Shown here in pieces: positions 46,245-56,268 of a stretch of DNA of 64,000 bases. Below the pieces are notes generated by a model. That model saw only the letters and a list, made by a program, of their open reading frames with translations. It was not told the origin of the DNA and did not search any database. Origin of the DNA: a virus; the IMG/VR virus record IMGVR_UViG_3300036851_000176, positions 64,001-128,000 of that record. One strand, 5' to 3'. Each line of letters opens with the position of its first letter. Position 1 is the first letter of the stretch. The translations under genes were made by a program, and so were the position numbers.

Positions 46245-46625
46245 TCACGCCGCTCTCCGGTTGTTGATCTTCTGGCGTCGGCGACGAGCCTGCGCCGCGA
46301 TCTGCTGGTTTCTGCGACGAGAGGCACGCGCTCTCTTGTTCTTTGCCCGTCTTCGTTGTCTCTCTGCTTCCGGAGTTGACGCACGACGAGCGCTGCGAAG
46401 CAAGGCCGCGAACTCTGGCGAGTACCCGATTGCTGCGTTGAGAAGTTCGAGAGGGATCTTGTCTCCTGGCTCGACCTGGGCCAGCGGGCCTCTGGCCTCT
46501 TGCTCCTTCCGCACCTCTTTGGCGCGAGAGATGATATCGAACGCCTTGCTGCCCATCACGCGATCGAGGAACGACTTCTCGTTCTCTTTCGGATCGCGCT
46601 CCCAGAATGGTCTGCCGTCGCTCAT
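46245..46625 (-). CDS. hypothetical basic protein
   Basis: ATGA overlap; Arg-rich tail. Confidence 0.6.
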   Translation of the reverse strand: MSDGRPFWERDPKENEKSFLDRVMGSKAFDIISRAKEVRKEQEARGPLAQVEPGDKIPLELLNAAIGYSPEFAALLRSARRASTPEAERQRRRAKNKRARASRRRNQQIAAQARRRRQKINNRRAA

Positions 46626-47083
46626 GCTACTTGCTCCTTCGCGAGTAGGGTTTGTTCTCCCGCTAGTTTATCAGCCTTTTCGTTGTGCTCGACGTGATGA
46701 GCCTTCGCGGGGTCGTCGTTCTTCTTGTGGCCGCGAACGTGGATGAACGCCACCGACTTGTGACGATCGGCGGCTTCAATGAGTTCTTTCCACAGGTCCT
46801 GGTTCTTGACGTGACTCGGCCACCCGTTCGGGATCCAAAGACGTTGCATCCACTGGGTGTATCCGAGGACGACGTACTGTGCGTCTGAAACTACGGTAAC
46901 GATCGATCCCTCCGGAAGTGCATTAAGACCACCGATGACGGCAGTCAACTCCATGCGCCCGTTCTTCGTTTCGGTCTCGTAACCGACCGAAGTCAAGGAG
47001 TCATCTTCGATGCACACAGACGCCCAACCGCCGGGACCTCCCGGTTTCGGGCACGAGCCATCCGTGTAGATCGTGAAGCGCAA
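46622..47083 (-). CDS. rnhA: ribonuclease HI
   Basis: YTDGSC..GPGG, NGRMELTA, SDAQYV, KNQDLW, HVRGH, NEKADKLA. Confidence 0.93.
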   Translation of the reverse strand: MRFTIYTDGSCPKPGGPGGWASVCIEDDSLTSVGYETETKNGRMELTAVIGGLNALPEGSIVTVVSDAQYVVLGYTQWMQRLWIPNGWPSHVKNQDLWKELIEAADRHKSVAFIHVRGHKKNDDPAKAHHVEHNEKADKLAGEQTLLAKEQVA

Positions 47084-47086
47084 CGC

Positions 47087-47296
47087 TTACGCGGTTTTCT
47101 TCGGACGACCGCGAGGCTTGGCCTTCACGCCAGCTGCCTTGCATGCTGCGCGCCACGAACCAAACTCACGCTCGGCCGCGCCTCGGAGTCCGCCCCCGAC
47201 CGTCTTGTAGCCGACGAAACCGTTCTCGTCAGCCTCGGCCTTGAGCGCCTCCTTGATGCGGTCCTTCGTCCACTCCTTCGGTCTTCCCCTAGCCAT
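47087..47296 (-). CDS. small DNA-binding repeat protein
   Basis: WTKDRI..FGSWRAACKAAG, AT-hook-like RGRP. Confidence 0.65.
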   Translation of the reverse strand: MARGRPKEWTKDRIKEALKAEADENGFVGYKTVGGGLRGAAEREFGSWRAACKAAGVKAKPRGRPKKTA

Positions 47297-48038
47297 TCAA
47301 CTCCACCTCCAGGATGTCGATTTCGCCGTCGCGGATGAATGCACCCGCAATTCGATTCGAATGGCGACCGCTCCCGAGGTCGATGCAATACGAGCCAGCA
47401 GCCGGTGAGCCATGCGTTCCGAACTGTCTAACTGTATCACCCACAGAATGACCGATCAGTTGACGTATCTTCTGGTACTTGGGTTCGCTGTAATCCGACC
47501 AGAGAATTCCACCCTGAGGATAATTCCCTCCCCTGATTGGGCCGCATGCGTCGAACAGTTCTCCAGTAGCGTCCCGGCGCCAGCGCTCCTCGATCAGGGC
47601 GCACGCCTCATCTGAGTCATTCGAACCAAGAAGGGTTCCGAAGTAGTGGCTGAGTCCCGCATGAGAGACCAGAATTCCGTCGATTGACGCCGAGGCTGCA
47701 ATGTACCCGGACTGTTCGAGATCGAACATCATTGAGGCGATGCGATCGTCGTGAAAGAACCCTCCGAATGGGTGTCCTCCCCAGTATGGGTGCTCGTGAT
47801 TTCCGACGATCAGCAGATCGATCCAGTCTCCAACGCGCTTGAGACATTCGAAATCATTCTCGGTTCCATCACGGTAGGGATCCTCCGCGCAGTTGGCAAG
47901 GTCTCCAAGACTGATGACATCGATGTCCCAATCCTTGCGTTGGCCGGTTTTGGGGTCAACGATTCCCGCGTCTTCCAGCAAGGCACGCAGGTTCAGGTGC
48001 ATGCCATGAATGTCAGGTACGACGAAGACATTACTCAC
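47289..48038 (-). CDS. metallophosphoesterase
   Basis: DIHG, GDL, GNHE, SHAG, IGHS. Confidence 0.88.
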   Translation of the reverse strand: MSNVFVVPDIHGMHLNLRALLEDAGIVDPKTGQRKDWDIDVISLGDLANCAEDPYRDGTENDFECLKRVGDWIDLLIVGNHEHPYWGGHPFGGFFHDDRIASMMFDLEQSGYIAASASIDGILVSHAGLSHYFGTLLGSNDSDEACALIEERWRRDATGELFDACGPIRGGNYPQGGILWSDYSEPKYQKIRQLIGHSVGDTVRQFGTHGSPAAGSYCIDLGSGRHSNRIAGAFIRDGEIDILEVELNG

Positions 48039-48116
48039 CGGAGAACCACCACTTGAGGTCTCGCCAGGCTGCGCCCATCACAACGAGCGAAGCGATCAAA
48101 AGTGTGCTGAGTTTCT

Positions 48117-48395
48117 TCATGTAATTGGTTCTCCGCGTTTCTTACGCCAGCGCCGAATGGCTGCGGTTGCACGATTGTCACGGAAGACCTGAAAGAATAC
48201 CCGGTACTTTCCATCGACGCGTTTCACGGAGAAGTTGAAGGTGTGGACCAGTCCACAATCACAGCAGGACATCTTGTATCCCTCCATAACGGGACGAACC
48301 CACTCTCCCGCCTCCGGCTCGTAGTAGCGCTCTTTGACGGCCATCACATCAGAAGGCCGTTCCGCAGTTCGTACAGAGGAATCTCTCGTCATCAT
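48117..48395 (-). CDS. hypothetical protein
   Basis: CCDCGLVH motif; start probably 48345. Confidence 0.6.
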   Translation of the reverse strand: MMTRDSSVRTAERPSDVMAVKERYYEPEAGEWVRPVMEGYKMSCCDCGLVHTFNFSVKRVDGKYRVFFQVFRDNRATAAIRRWRKKRGEPIT

Positions 48396-48548
48396 TGCCG
48401 ATTCCCTGGTATGGAATGATCACCAGGCTTCCGCACGAAGGGCACGGTCCTGAAACACGACCGCAGCGGCAGCCACAGTAGTTGCCGCCGCAGTCGTAAC
48501 GAACGACATGCCCTCGCCTAGAGCAGATCCAGTCCGAAAGCCACGCCG

Positions 48549-48731
48549 TCATTCGCGCTCTTCCAGCGCGCGAGCGGCGCGATCTTTCAGGAACACCGCG
48601 CCGTCGCGAAGTTGCTTCAGTTCGTCCTTCGTGAACTGCCGAAGATGATCCTCCAGGGCGAGAGTGTCGGACTCGCACGCCATCAGAAAGGCGTCGCTCT
48701 CGATATATTTGCTGTCGTAGATCGACGACAT
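48549..48731 (-). CDS. hypothetical protein
   Basis: coupled ORF. Confidence 0.55.
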   Translation of the reverse strand: MSSIYDSKYIESDAFLMACESDTLALEDHLRQFTKDELKQLRDGAVFLKDRAARALEERE

Positions 48732-48982
48732 CAGTCGGGTAGTTTGGTCTCGTTCTCTGACCGAAACGTCTCGAACGCTTCGATCTCTGCATCGACGCTC
48801 GCGACGATGGAATCCAGGCCGAGTGCGAGCGCACGAGAGCGATAGTCCTTGATCGCCAGGAGTGCGGTTTCGTCGCGCGCTCTCAGAACGAACACCGGCT
48901 CGTCATCTGCGATCTTGCCGATGTCTAGCTTTCCGTACTTGGTTGAAACAGCCATCAGTATTTCCTCCTTGTATCTTCCCAT
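48731..48982 (-). CDS. conserved phage protein
   Basis: DEPVFVLRARD...KLPD. Confidence 0.7.
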   Translation of the reverse strand: MGRYKEEILMAVSTKYGKLDIGKIADDEPVFVLRARDETALLAIKDYRSRALALGLDSIVASVDAEIEAFETFRSENETKLPD

Positions 48983-49227
48983 TTTTCGAGGTAATCGAGG
49001 GCCGCTCTGAACTCCTTGAGACTCAGTTCCGGCACTTCGATTTCCTTCTTCCTGCTCTTGGACAGATCGTCCACACTTCCGTCGAAAACGCTGATGTAGA
49101 GCGAGTCACCAACGATCGACACTTCTATCTCTCGATCGGGCGGCTCGTAGCGTTCGTCAACTCCTTCGAGGATTACCTTCCTGACGCTCACTCTTCGTCC
49201 TCCAGGAGCCGCAGCCCTCCGTCCCAC
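48955..49227 (-). CDS. hypothetical protein
   Basis: coupled ORF. Confidence 0.55.
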   Translation of the reverse strand: MGRRAAAPGGRRVSVRKVILEGVDERYEPPDREIEVSIVGDSLYISVFDGSVDDLSKSRKKEIEVPELSLKEFRAALDYLEKWEDTRRKY

Positions 49228-49520
49228 TCCATGCTGTAGGGATCGTAGTTGCTGAATGCTTCAATCTGGAACTCTCCGGCCGCTAGTGTTGTCCAATCCG
49301 GATAGAGACCATCGAGTCCAACGTGGTAAACCTCGTGCGCGACCATGCAGTCGTACGCTTCTGTCTTCGTTCCGGGAATCAACGGATCCTCTTCCTCGAA
49401 CTTCGGGCAGTCGTCCGGATGAACAACCTCCCACTCGCGGTACGGAATGTGAGTCTCCGGATCTCTTGCTTCCAGTTCGGTGATGATCAGAAGATGGGGT
49501 TTGCTTACAGATTCGGCCAC
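49188..49520 (-). CDS. hypothetical protein
   Basis: 110 aa, acidic. Confidence 0.6.
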   Translation of the reverse strand: MAESVSKPHLLIITELEARDPETHIPYREWEVVHPDDCPKFEEEDPLIPGTKTEAYDCMVAHEVYHVGLDGLYPDWTTLAAGEFQIEAFSNYDPYSMEWDGGLRLLEDEE

Positions 49521-51643
49521 TGATGCGTCCCTTCTGGCTTCTTCAGTCCGGCGCCTTTGAGCAGATCCATCACATCATCTCCAAACACTTCCTTCTCCTC
49601 GACCATGCGTGAAGCAATCTCCCCCACGGCGTTCTTGTTCTGAAGGATCGTGTTGTACGCGATCAGGAAAGCGTGACCGAGCAGAAGAGCCTCATCTCTG
49701 CGCTTGTCAGGAGGTAGTGGGATGTCGCCGGGATTTCCGATCGTAAGGAGTTGCTTGCCGAGTTTCTCCATGCTGCGCAGATCGTCTCGCGACAAGTTGG
49801 GCGGGAGGATCGGAGCCATGCCCCACCGACCTACCATTGTTCCGGCAAGCGCCGAGGCGCTGCCCAGGTCTCCTCCAACTCCCTGCGTGTTGTGACCGTA
49901 GAAGACGATCTCAGCTGCGTAGGCGCCCAGGCCCCAGATCAGATTCGAGAAAAGTTCGTCTCGCGTACGGAACGTGCGCTCCTCGGTTCCGATCGCCTGG
50001 TGGTGACCGCCAGTCTCGCCTCGTCTCCTGATACTCAGCCGTGTACTCTCGTGATCCTCCATGAAGAGGTAAGAACAAACTGCGTGACCGGCTTCGTGGA
50101 TCGCCGTCGAACGCTCCTCCATTTCAGACTCGTATCCCCATCCGAGAGCGGTTCCGGCCTCGTTCGTGACCATCGCTTCTGTCAGATCTTCCCGCGAGAA
50201 GGCGTGGCGACCGTCGTGGTGCGCATACGTTAGAGCCAACGAGCACGCCTGCTCGATCTGAGCAGGGGAATACCCTTCCATCATGCGTGCGAGTTCGTCG
50301 CGGGCCTCTGATGAGTCCAGAGAGTCCTCGTGTGCGACCTTGCCGAGGTACAGATCCAGGATGTCGATGCGGTCTTTCTTGGTCGGAGTTCGGAAATGAA
50401 TGTGGCGTCCCATGCGTCCGGGACGAACGAGCGCCGGGTCGAGTGCGCTCAGTGGAACGTTCGTCGCGCCGACAAAGTAGATCTGATTCCCAGTGGGCTT
50501 GGCGTGCGGAAGACGTAGGGGTACGTCGCCCAGACGACGCGGGACGATGTAACTGGCATCGAGCCAAGTGTTGACCTTGTTCGTCATGACCCGCTTCATG
50601 AACGGGGGCGAATCGATACCGTCCATGACGACGAGGAGCTGGTTGATCGCCATGCCGCCTCCGTACATGCCGCCCATGGCACCACCGGGGATCTGAGGCT
50701 TCGTAAACCCTCCCAATCCGCCGCCGCCCAGGCTACCTCTTCGCATTCCCACGGCGTCGATTTCGTCGATGAAAACGATGCACTGTCCACCCCACTTCGC
50801 GGCCAACTTGCGCGCCTTGCGCGCCATGTAGCGGACGATGATGACATCCATGCCGATGAAGGTCTGCGCGAAGCCAGAGCCGGGGATCGTCACGAGCGGG
50901 CAGTTGAACCCGGTCGCGATGGCCTTGGCGAGCATCGTCTTACCGACGCCAGGGGCGCCGAGGAAGAGGATGCCGCGCTCGCGCTTGCCGCCAGCGCTCA
51001 CGAACTTCTCGCCGGACTGCCAGAGCGTGATGACCTTGTGGATCTCTTCCTTCGCTTCCTTCTGGCCGCGCACGTCCTCAAGACGCACGCCCCAGTCTGC
51101 GTCACCCGGCTCAAAGCCTCGGATCTGCGACACACCCATCATCATCATGGGGCCGAAGAACAGGAGAAAGTTCGCGAGGAAGAAGATCGGCAGGATGATC
51201 AGCTGCATCAGGACCTGCGGATTGGAGAGCAGAGAAAGGCCGCTCCATAGCCACTCGGCGTTGCTTCCCCACGTCCCGCCACGCTTGAGCCAGGTCAGCG
51301 TGATCAAGGACAGCACGATGACGATCCAGCGCAACTTCTTGGACCAGAAGTGAATGCGTCTGCGGTTGAGCGCATCCTCGGCTCTCAATTCGTCCGAGTT
51401 CGTTCCATACAGGCTCGCAAAGGGGACCAACTTGCGGTACACCAGATCGAGAAATCCACGCAGAACGAGCACGCAAGAGGCCAGCGCCAAAGACCCGGTG
51501 GCGGAACGTCCCTGATGGAGGTAGAACAAGAACACCATCGGGAATGTAAAGGCCGTGATCAGGTTCGCGACGAGATTGAAAGAGCGTCGCTGGCGGCGCA
51601 GATACTCCTGCTGGTCTACCGAATCAATCGCAACGTCAGACAC
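49505..51643 (-). CDS. FtsH-like membrane AAA+ / M41 Zn protease
   Basis: ~4 N-terminal TMs, GAPGVGKT, FIDEID, DPALVRPGR, HEAGH, AEIV, GDL. Confidence 0.9.
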   Translation of the reverse strand: MSDVAIDSVDQQEYLRRQRRSFNLVANLITAFTFPMVFLFYLHQGRSATGSLALASCVLVLRGFLDLVYRKLVPFASLYGTNSDELRAEDALNRRRIHFWSKKLRWIVIVLSLITLTWLKRGGTWGSNAEWLWSGLSLLSNPQVLMQLIILPIFFLANFLLFFGPMMMMGVSQIRGFEPGDADWGVRLEDVRGQKEAKEEIHKVITLWQSGEKFVSAGGKRERGILFLGAPGVGKTMLAKAIATGFNCPLVTIPGSGFAQTFIGMDVIIVRYMARKARKLAAKWGGQCIVFIDEIDAVGMRRGSLGGGGLGGFTKPQIPGGAMGGMYGGGMAINQLLVVMDGIDSPPFMKRVMTNKVNTWLDASYIVPRRLGDVPLRLPHAKPTGNQIYFVGATNVPLSALDPALVRPGRMGRHIHFRTPTKKDRIDILDLYLGKVAHEDSLDSSEARDELARMMEGYSPAQIEQACSLALTYAHHDGRHAFSREDLTEAMVTNEAGTALGWGYESEMEERSTAIHEAGHAVCSYLFMEDHESTRLSIRRRGETGGHHQAIGTEERTFRTRDELFSNLIWGLGAYAAEIVFYGHNTQGVGGDLGSASALAGTMVGRWGMAPILPPNLSRDDLRSMEKLGKQLLTIGNPGDIPLPPDKRRDEALLLGHAFLIAYNTILQNKNAVGEIASRMVEEKEVFGDDVMDLLKGAGLKKPEGTHQWPNL

Positions 51644-51809
51644 GTTTGATTTCCTCGGCCTCTTCTTTCGTTACAGTCGGGCCAGGAGCCTCGTCCTGAA
51701 TCGATTTCGCCCAAATGACATAAGCGGCGGCGATCTGTCCCAGTGACACTCGGATGCCGATCAACTCGAATAGAGCGACGACAATCACGATGGTGTAGAT
51801 GATGTTCAT
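51636..51809 (-). CDS. small membrane protein
   Basis: GGAGG RBS, hydrophobic. Confidence 0.55.
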   Translation of the reverse strand: MNIIYTIVIVVALFELIGIRVSLGQIAAAYVIWAKSIQDEAPGPTVTKEEAEEIKRV

Positions 51810-52204
51810 TTGTCCTCCGGAGGGATTGGATGGGGCATCTCGTATTCGGATTCCGGCTCTGTTGCGCCTCGTGGCACTGGAGCCAACCCGGCGTCTTCGA
51901 GTTCGAGTTGAAGCAACGCCAGCGCTCGCCACGCCAACTCAGCCGAATGCCGTAGTCCGGTGTCGGGGTCAATACCACCACGATCGATCAGATGGCGACC
52001 GATGGCGTCTGCCTGATCGGTGGACTTTCCGCGCGCCCAATGAATCGGCTCGCCGGGATTGTGCTTGTCGTTTCCCGCCTTCGAGACACGCGCAACTTCC
52101 GCAAGAGCCGCCGGGAAGTAGTCGATCACTCCCGAAACGATCGGAGTGTCCTTTCGGGCTTGCGAGTCACTCGGCAGCGTGTCAGTTCGGGATGTTTGGC
52201 TCAT
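51806..52204 (-). CDS. dATP/dGTP diphosphohydrolase-domain (DUF5664-like) protein
   Basis: AEVARVS..G..KH..W..G...AIGRHL..DPDTGLRH. Confidence 0.8.
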   Translation of the reverse strand: MSQTSRTDTLPSDSQARKDTPIVSGVIDYFPAALAEVARVSKAGNDKHNPGEPIHWARGKSTDQADAIGRHLIDRGGIDPDTGLRHSAELAWRALALLQLELEDAGLAPVPRGATEPESEYEMPHPIPPEDK

Positions 52205-52514
52205 ACTCGTCCTCCTCGAATCGAGACGGCGGAGGTTCCGGAAGGTCTCGGCGCGCTAGTTCGAGTTGCCTGGCCGTGACCAGAGAAGTCGGCGCTGCGT
52301 TCTTCGGCACCCCGCCAATCGCGCGCTGGTTTTCCAGCACTTCAAGATGGCCGTTCAACTTGTCGTAGATCGCCAACTCTTCTTGACGCAATTCAAGGTC
52401 GTGTTCCAGGGCCAACTCGAAGAGAAAGTTGTACGAACTGACGATCGTTCGCGTCTCTTCCTCTGTCAAGGCGTACAACGAATCGGGAGAGCGGTCCGTG
52501 CTCGTATGCCTCAT
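52182..52514 (-). CDS. hypothetical protein
   Basis: ORF in operon. Confidence 0.55.
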   Translation of the reverse strand: MRHTSTDRSPDSLYALTEEETRTIVSSYNFLFELALEHDLELRQEELAIYDKLNGHLEVLENQRAIGGVPKNAAPTSLVTARQLELARRDLPEPPPSRFEEDEYEPNIPN

Positions 52515-52640
52515 AAGCCGAGAGCCTTGGTCACAAGACTGAACACCGGAGCCTTCTCCCAGATGACGTGCTCGACAGGGAAGCCAAGGGTGAACAGGAC
52601 GCAGCGAAAGCAGATCTTGCCGTGCTTCGTGCAGTAGAAC

Positions 52641-52823
52641 CTATGCGCCAATCTCTTCATCTGACCTCCAGAACGGACAGTGGGGCTGCATGACGTGGAC
52701 GACTCCGTAGTTGTCGCAGTCGCAAGGAACGTGGATCGACTGCGGAAACGGCTTCTTGAACTTCGGAGGTTCGAGCGCAGCCACTCGTTCCTCCAGAGCC
52801 TCTATTCTCTCTTCGAGGGTCAT
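52641..52823 (-). CDS. hypothetical protein
   Basis: ATGA overlap. Confidence 0.55.
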   Translation of the reverse strand: MTLEERIEALEERVAALEPPKFKKPFPQSIHVPCDCDNYGVVHVMQPHCPFWRSDEEIGA

Positions 52824-53035
52824 GTTTCGGTCAGAACACGCTTCTTACGGATGCCTGCTTTGACCTCGATAGGAAGTTCGTTGCGGCCGTTGAACTCCTG
52901 GGCCAGAGCCTTGCGACGGGCCTTGACGGGCTTCCACTCGTCAAGGTTCTCGACGTTGCGCGGGAGCGAGTCGTACTCACGCTCGAGCTCGTCGAGCGTC
53001 ATCTCGCTAACCGGCCGGGTGCTGATCTCTGTCAT
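52820..53035 (-). CDS. hypothetical protein
   Basis: TAATG overlap. Confidence 0.6.
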   Translation of the reverse strand: MTEISTRPVSEMTLDELEREYDSLPRNVENLDEWKPVKARRKALAQEFNGRNELPIEVKAGIRKKRVLTET

Positions 53036-53811
53036 TACAGATCCTCTCGCTTGAGTTTGAAGAATACGCGGCTGCGGTTGTGATCGAATAGATAGGGATC
53101 GGTGCGCGCGATCACTCCTTCTGCGTACGGAAGATCGTTTGCGTTCTCGAATTCGACACCCGAATCCTCAGCCGCTACAGCGGAGCGCAATTCGGGTACT
53201 CGTTCGACGATCTCTTCGAGGGGAGCCGTCGATGACAGAACGGGAACGGTCTTGATTCCGATGACTTCGGCTGCGTCGGCGACATCATCCCACCGACGCC
53301 ACATCGGCGAACCCCAGTGTCCGTGCTCGGCCTGGCCGCGATAGGTCGTCGCGTCGAATGCGCGAAACTGCTTGGTCGGTGAGTAGTAGCCACCCTTCTG
53401 GATGCCAGCGCCGTATCCCTCTCCGTAGATAACCAGCATCGTCGGATCGCGCGTGATCTTGTCGGTGAGTTCCTCGTCGGACTCACCGCCGTGGATGATC
53501 ACCTTGAGAGCGCGAAATACGCGATCGGTCAGTTCATATGCCTCTTCGACACCGAACGCCTCCTGCAAGAATCCCTTAGGGACCGTCGCCTTGTCGCTCC
53601 GCCCGCGAACATCCACGATTGGACGCCAACGATCCTCTTCCTCGTCGTAGGCCCAGTCGAGGATGATCCGCATGTTCGTCCCATCGATCTTCTCGGTGAC
53701 AAGCCAGTCCTTGATCTGGCGCACGTAGGGGTTGCGGAAGTCGCCGATGTTCAACTTGTGCGTCTCTTCGTTGCGAGTGAAGAGGTTCTCGGTCTTGCCG
53801 TACTCCGTCAC
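53035..53811 (-). CDS. ATP-dependent RNA ligase (Rnl2-like adenylation domain)
   Basis: TEKIDGTN, YGEGYG, FRAFD, AEGVI, FKLK nucleotidyltransferase motifs. Confidence 0.85.
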   Translation of the reverse strand: MTEYGKTENLFTRNEETHKLNIGDFRNPYVRQIKDWLVTEKIDGTNMRIILDWAYDEEEDRWRPIVDVRGRSDKATVPKGFLQEAFGVEEAYELTDRVFRALKVIIHGGESDEELTDKITRDPTMLVIYGEGYGAGIQKGGYYSPTKQFRAFDATTYRGQAEHGHWGSPMWRRWDDVADAAEVIGIKTVPVLSSTAPLEEIVERVPELRSAVAAEDSGVEFENANDLPYAEGVIARTDPYLFDHNRSRVFFKLKREDL

Positions 53812-53996
53812 ACCAGCACCTCGACAGCCTTGACGACACCGACGATGCCCCAGAACACGACGTTGATCCAGATGAGCATCATCGCGAGCAGAGTCATCCA
53901 GATCGAAAGGCTGTACGTGCCGGTCTCGCCGCTCGCGTTCTTGCGTGTGACGTAGACGGGCGCGGCGAATGAGAGGTTCCCGTTGAACATGCTCAT
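53808..53996 (-). CDS. small membrane protein
   Basis: Promoter TTGACA-N17-TAAGGT and AGGAG RBS upstream. Confidence 0.6.
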   Translation of the reverse strand: MSMFNGNLSFAAPVYVTRKNASGETGTYSLSIWMTLLAMMLIWINVVFWGIVGVVKAVEVLV

Positions 53997-54037
53997 GATT
54001 CTCCTACCTTATCGATTTTGTGGGCGTTTGTCAAAGT

Positions 54038-54073
54038 GGAGAAGGGCCAGGGTGGCGGTCCCGGCCCCTCTCC
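54038..54073 (-). terminator. intrinsic terminator-like hairpin
   Basis: GGAGAGGGGCCGGG...CCTGGCCCTTCTCC followed by ACTTT. Confidence 0.6.
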
Positions 54074-54091
54074 TCGCGCGCGGCGCGATCC

Positions 54092-54514
54092 TTACGGACG
54101 ATCGAAGTTCGGAATGAGCGCCTCGGGCTTGAAAATCACGCGATAGCGCGATGTTGAGACCTGGACGGGTTCGAGCTGCTCCACGACGAAAGACACGTTG
54201 TCGGAGAGGCCGAGGAAGGTCTTTTTGTAGCCGACCTTGCCGGTCTTGGCGTCCACCACTCGGCAGGTCACTTCGAGAGCACCGGCGAGTCCTGAGTCCG
54301 TCGTCTCGACGGAGCAGTATCCGACAACCTCGAACAGGTACTTGTCCGTGATGCCGTTGATGCCGACGATGTGACGCGGAATTTCGAACTGCTCAGCCGC
54401 GACCGAGAGGTTGTGTGCCGCCACGTCTGCGTCGGACGGACCGCAACCGGAAATCACGAGTGATGTCGCCAGTGCTGCGAGGGCGACAAGGATGACGGTG
54501 ATGCGCTTTCTCAT
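54092..54514 (-). CDS. phage lipoprotein
   Basis: Signal peptide + ISGC lipobox; FEI.R.IV.INGITD.Y. Confidence 0.8.
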   Translation of the reverse strand: MRKRITVILVALAALATSLVISGCGPSDADVAAHNLSVAAEQFEIPRHIVGINGITDKYLFEVVGYCSVETTDSGLAGALEVTCRVVDAKTGKVGYKKTFLGLSDNVSFVVEQLEPVQVSTSRYRVIFKPEALIPNFDRP

Positions 54515-54537
54515 TTGATTCCTTTCGTCGAGGGGTT

Positions 54538-54888
54538 TCAGAAGGGAATTGTTCCTTCGATGCGCTCGTAGCGAGCTGTAACGGGGAGACAGGATCTGAT
54601 CCACGAGCCGCGACCGAGAGCCTTGACCTGCGCCACGTTGTGTTCCTCGTACTGCGTAGGCACGTCTACGAGATCACCGATTTTGAGATCGAGACCGGGA
54701 TCCTCGTAGCAGTAGAGAGACGAGGAATAACTGCCCCCGATGAACTCGACGCGGACATACGTGCCGAGGTCCTCTTCTTCGAGATCGAATTCACCCTCGA
54801 TTACGAGGCCGACGATCTCCTTGCCTTCGAGCAGTTCGTAAAACTCGAACCCCTCTCCGGCGTCTTCGATGATGAACTTGCGCTTCAT
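54538..54888 (-). CDS. hypothetical protein
   Basis: ATGA overlap. Confidence 0.6.
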   Translation of the reverse strand: MKRKFIIEDAGEGFEFYELLEGKEIVGLVIEGEFDLEEEDLGTYVRVEFIGGSYSSSLYCYEDPGLDLKIGDLVDVPTQYEEHNVAQVKALGRGSWIRSCLPVTARYERIEGTIPF

Positions 54889-55178
54889 TCGTCGTCCCTT
54901 CTGAGCAGGAGTGTTGTCGATGAGTCCTGATCGATCTGTCCGAACAACTCGCGATCGGCGAAGATCGATCCTTCGGTGGCCTCGAACAGTTCGATGATGA
55001 TGTCATCGAGGTCCATCCATTCCTTGATGTCGATCACGTCAGGATTGTCGTTGACGAACACCAACACCTTGTCCCGGTCGTATTCGTACTCCTCGGTGAT
55101 CGTGCGCTTAAGGATGTACTGCATCACGGACCCATCTTCGGGAAGAGGGGAGGGCCGATCCAGACTCCGTGAATCCAT
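54885..55178 (-). CDS. hypothetical protein
   Basis: acidic ORF. Confidence 0.55.
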   Translation of the reverse strand: MDSRSLDRPSPLPEDGSVMQYILKRTITEEYEYDRDKVLVFVNDNPDVIDIKEWMDLDDIIIELFEATEGSIFADRELFGQIDQDSSTTLLLRRDDE

Positions 55179-55211
55179 CTCCCCAACATAGGCTTCGGCT
55201 TCTTCTTCATC

Positions 55212-55595
55212 TCAGCCGTCACAGTGAAGGTCGGCTCGATGAGAGTCGAGTCTGCTTCCGATGCTCAGGGTGCGCCAGTAGGACGGCGCCACGCAGACTA
55301 GGGAGTACGTCTCGTACCACCCGTCGTACGTGTAACGATTACCTGGCAGCGGCTCGATGTAGAGGGCATAGTCGTAGTTGCCCGCCTCCGAGCACTGCTC
55401 TACGTATGGAACGGCAGAGAGCATCGTGCATTCCTCATGCGAGCCCTCAGGAGCGATCCGCGCGGTGACGATGCCGACGTAGTGCGGAGTGTAGTTCGGA
55501 CTCCGAATGTCCCTCTCGGGTCTGCCGTTATCGTTGCTACCGCCGCACCCGGCGAACAGGAAGGTGATCGGAACGAGAAGCAGCAGCCGCTTCAT
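55212..55595 (-). CDS. lipoprotein
   Basis: FAGC lipobox. Confidence 0.7.
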   Translation of the reverse strand: MKRLLLLVPITFLFAGCGGSNDNGRPERDIRSPNYTPHYVGIVTARIAPEGSHEECTMLSAVPYVEQCSEAGNYDYALYIEPLPGNRYTYDGWYETYSLVCVAPSYWRTLSIGSRLDSHRADLHCDG

Positions 55596-55843
55596 GACTG
55601 CTTGAGATCTTCGAGGTCGATTCGAATGTCCGAGAGCGTCTGCTGAACGCTCGCCAGGTCTGCCTCTCGGATCGAATCGTTCATCTTGGTCCAGACGCCA
55701 CCGTCCGGGTTGCCCTCTTCGAGGGTGAAGTGGCGGTGGCGATAGACCATGTCATGAAGGTTGCCGACGAGGCTTGAGAGCACTACCACCGCGTCGATGA
55801 TCTGGTCCAGAGCCGGGTCGCTGATGGTGACCTTGCGCTCCAT
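55592..55843 (-). CDS. hypothetical protein
   Basis: coupled ORF. Confidence 0.6.
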   Translation of the reverse strand: MERKVTISDPALDQIIDAVVVLSSLVGNLHDMVYRHRHFTLEEGNPDGGVWTKMNDSIREADLASVQQTLSDIRIDLEDLKQS

Positions 55844-56268
55844 CAGCCCACCATCTCCTCTGCTTCTAGTTCCTCGCGGATCTCGTCGAGGTCGAGGCCG
55901 TATGCGTCGGCGATCTCTTGTGCCGATCGATCCAGGAGTTCTTCGATCCCGACAGCGATGTCCATGCCATCGATCGGCTCCTTGATCTCTGCACCGCTGA
56001 TGATGTCCTCGCCGTTGACCGCTACGACGAAGTACGACGTGCCGGGGTGGGCGAGGAAGTTGATGAGGCTCAGGCGAGTCTTGGTCTGATTCAGACCCTC
56101 GTCGAGAAAGCTCGCGGCGTCGTACGCCTCTTCGCGTTGCTTGATCAGCGAGATCGCTCGCTCCTGTTCGTAATCGACCATCTCGTAGAGGTGGTCCCGA
56201 TCTGCCGCCACGACGTTGAGTTGATCCTCCAAGTCGATGAGGAGACTCTTGCGTACGAATCCGAACAT
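55843..56268 (-). CDS. hypothetical protein
   Basis: coupled ORF. Confidence 0.6.
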   Translation of the reverse strand: MFGFVRKSLLIDLEDQLNVVAADRDHLYEMVDYEQERAISLIKQREEAYDAASFLDEGLNQTKTRLSLINFLAHPGTSYFVVAVNGEDIISGAEIKEPIDGMDIAVGIEELLDRSAQEIADAYGLDLDEIREELEAEEMVG

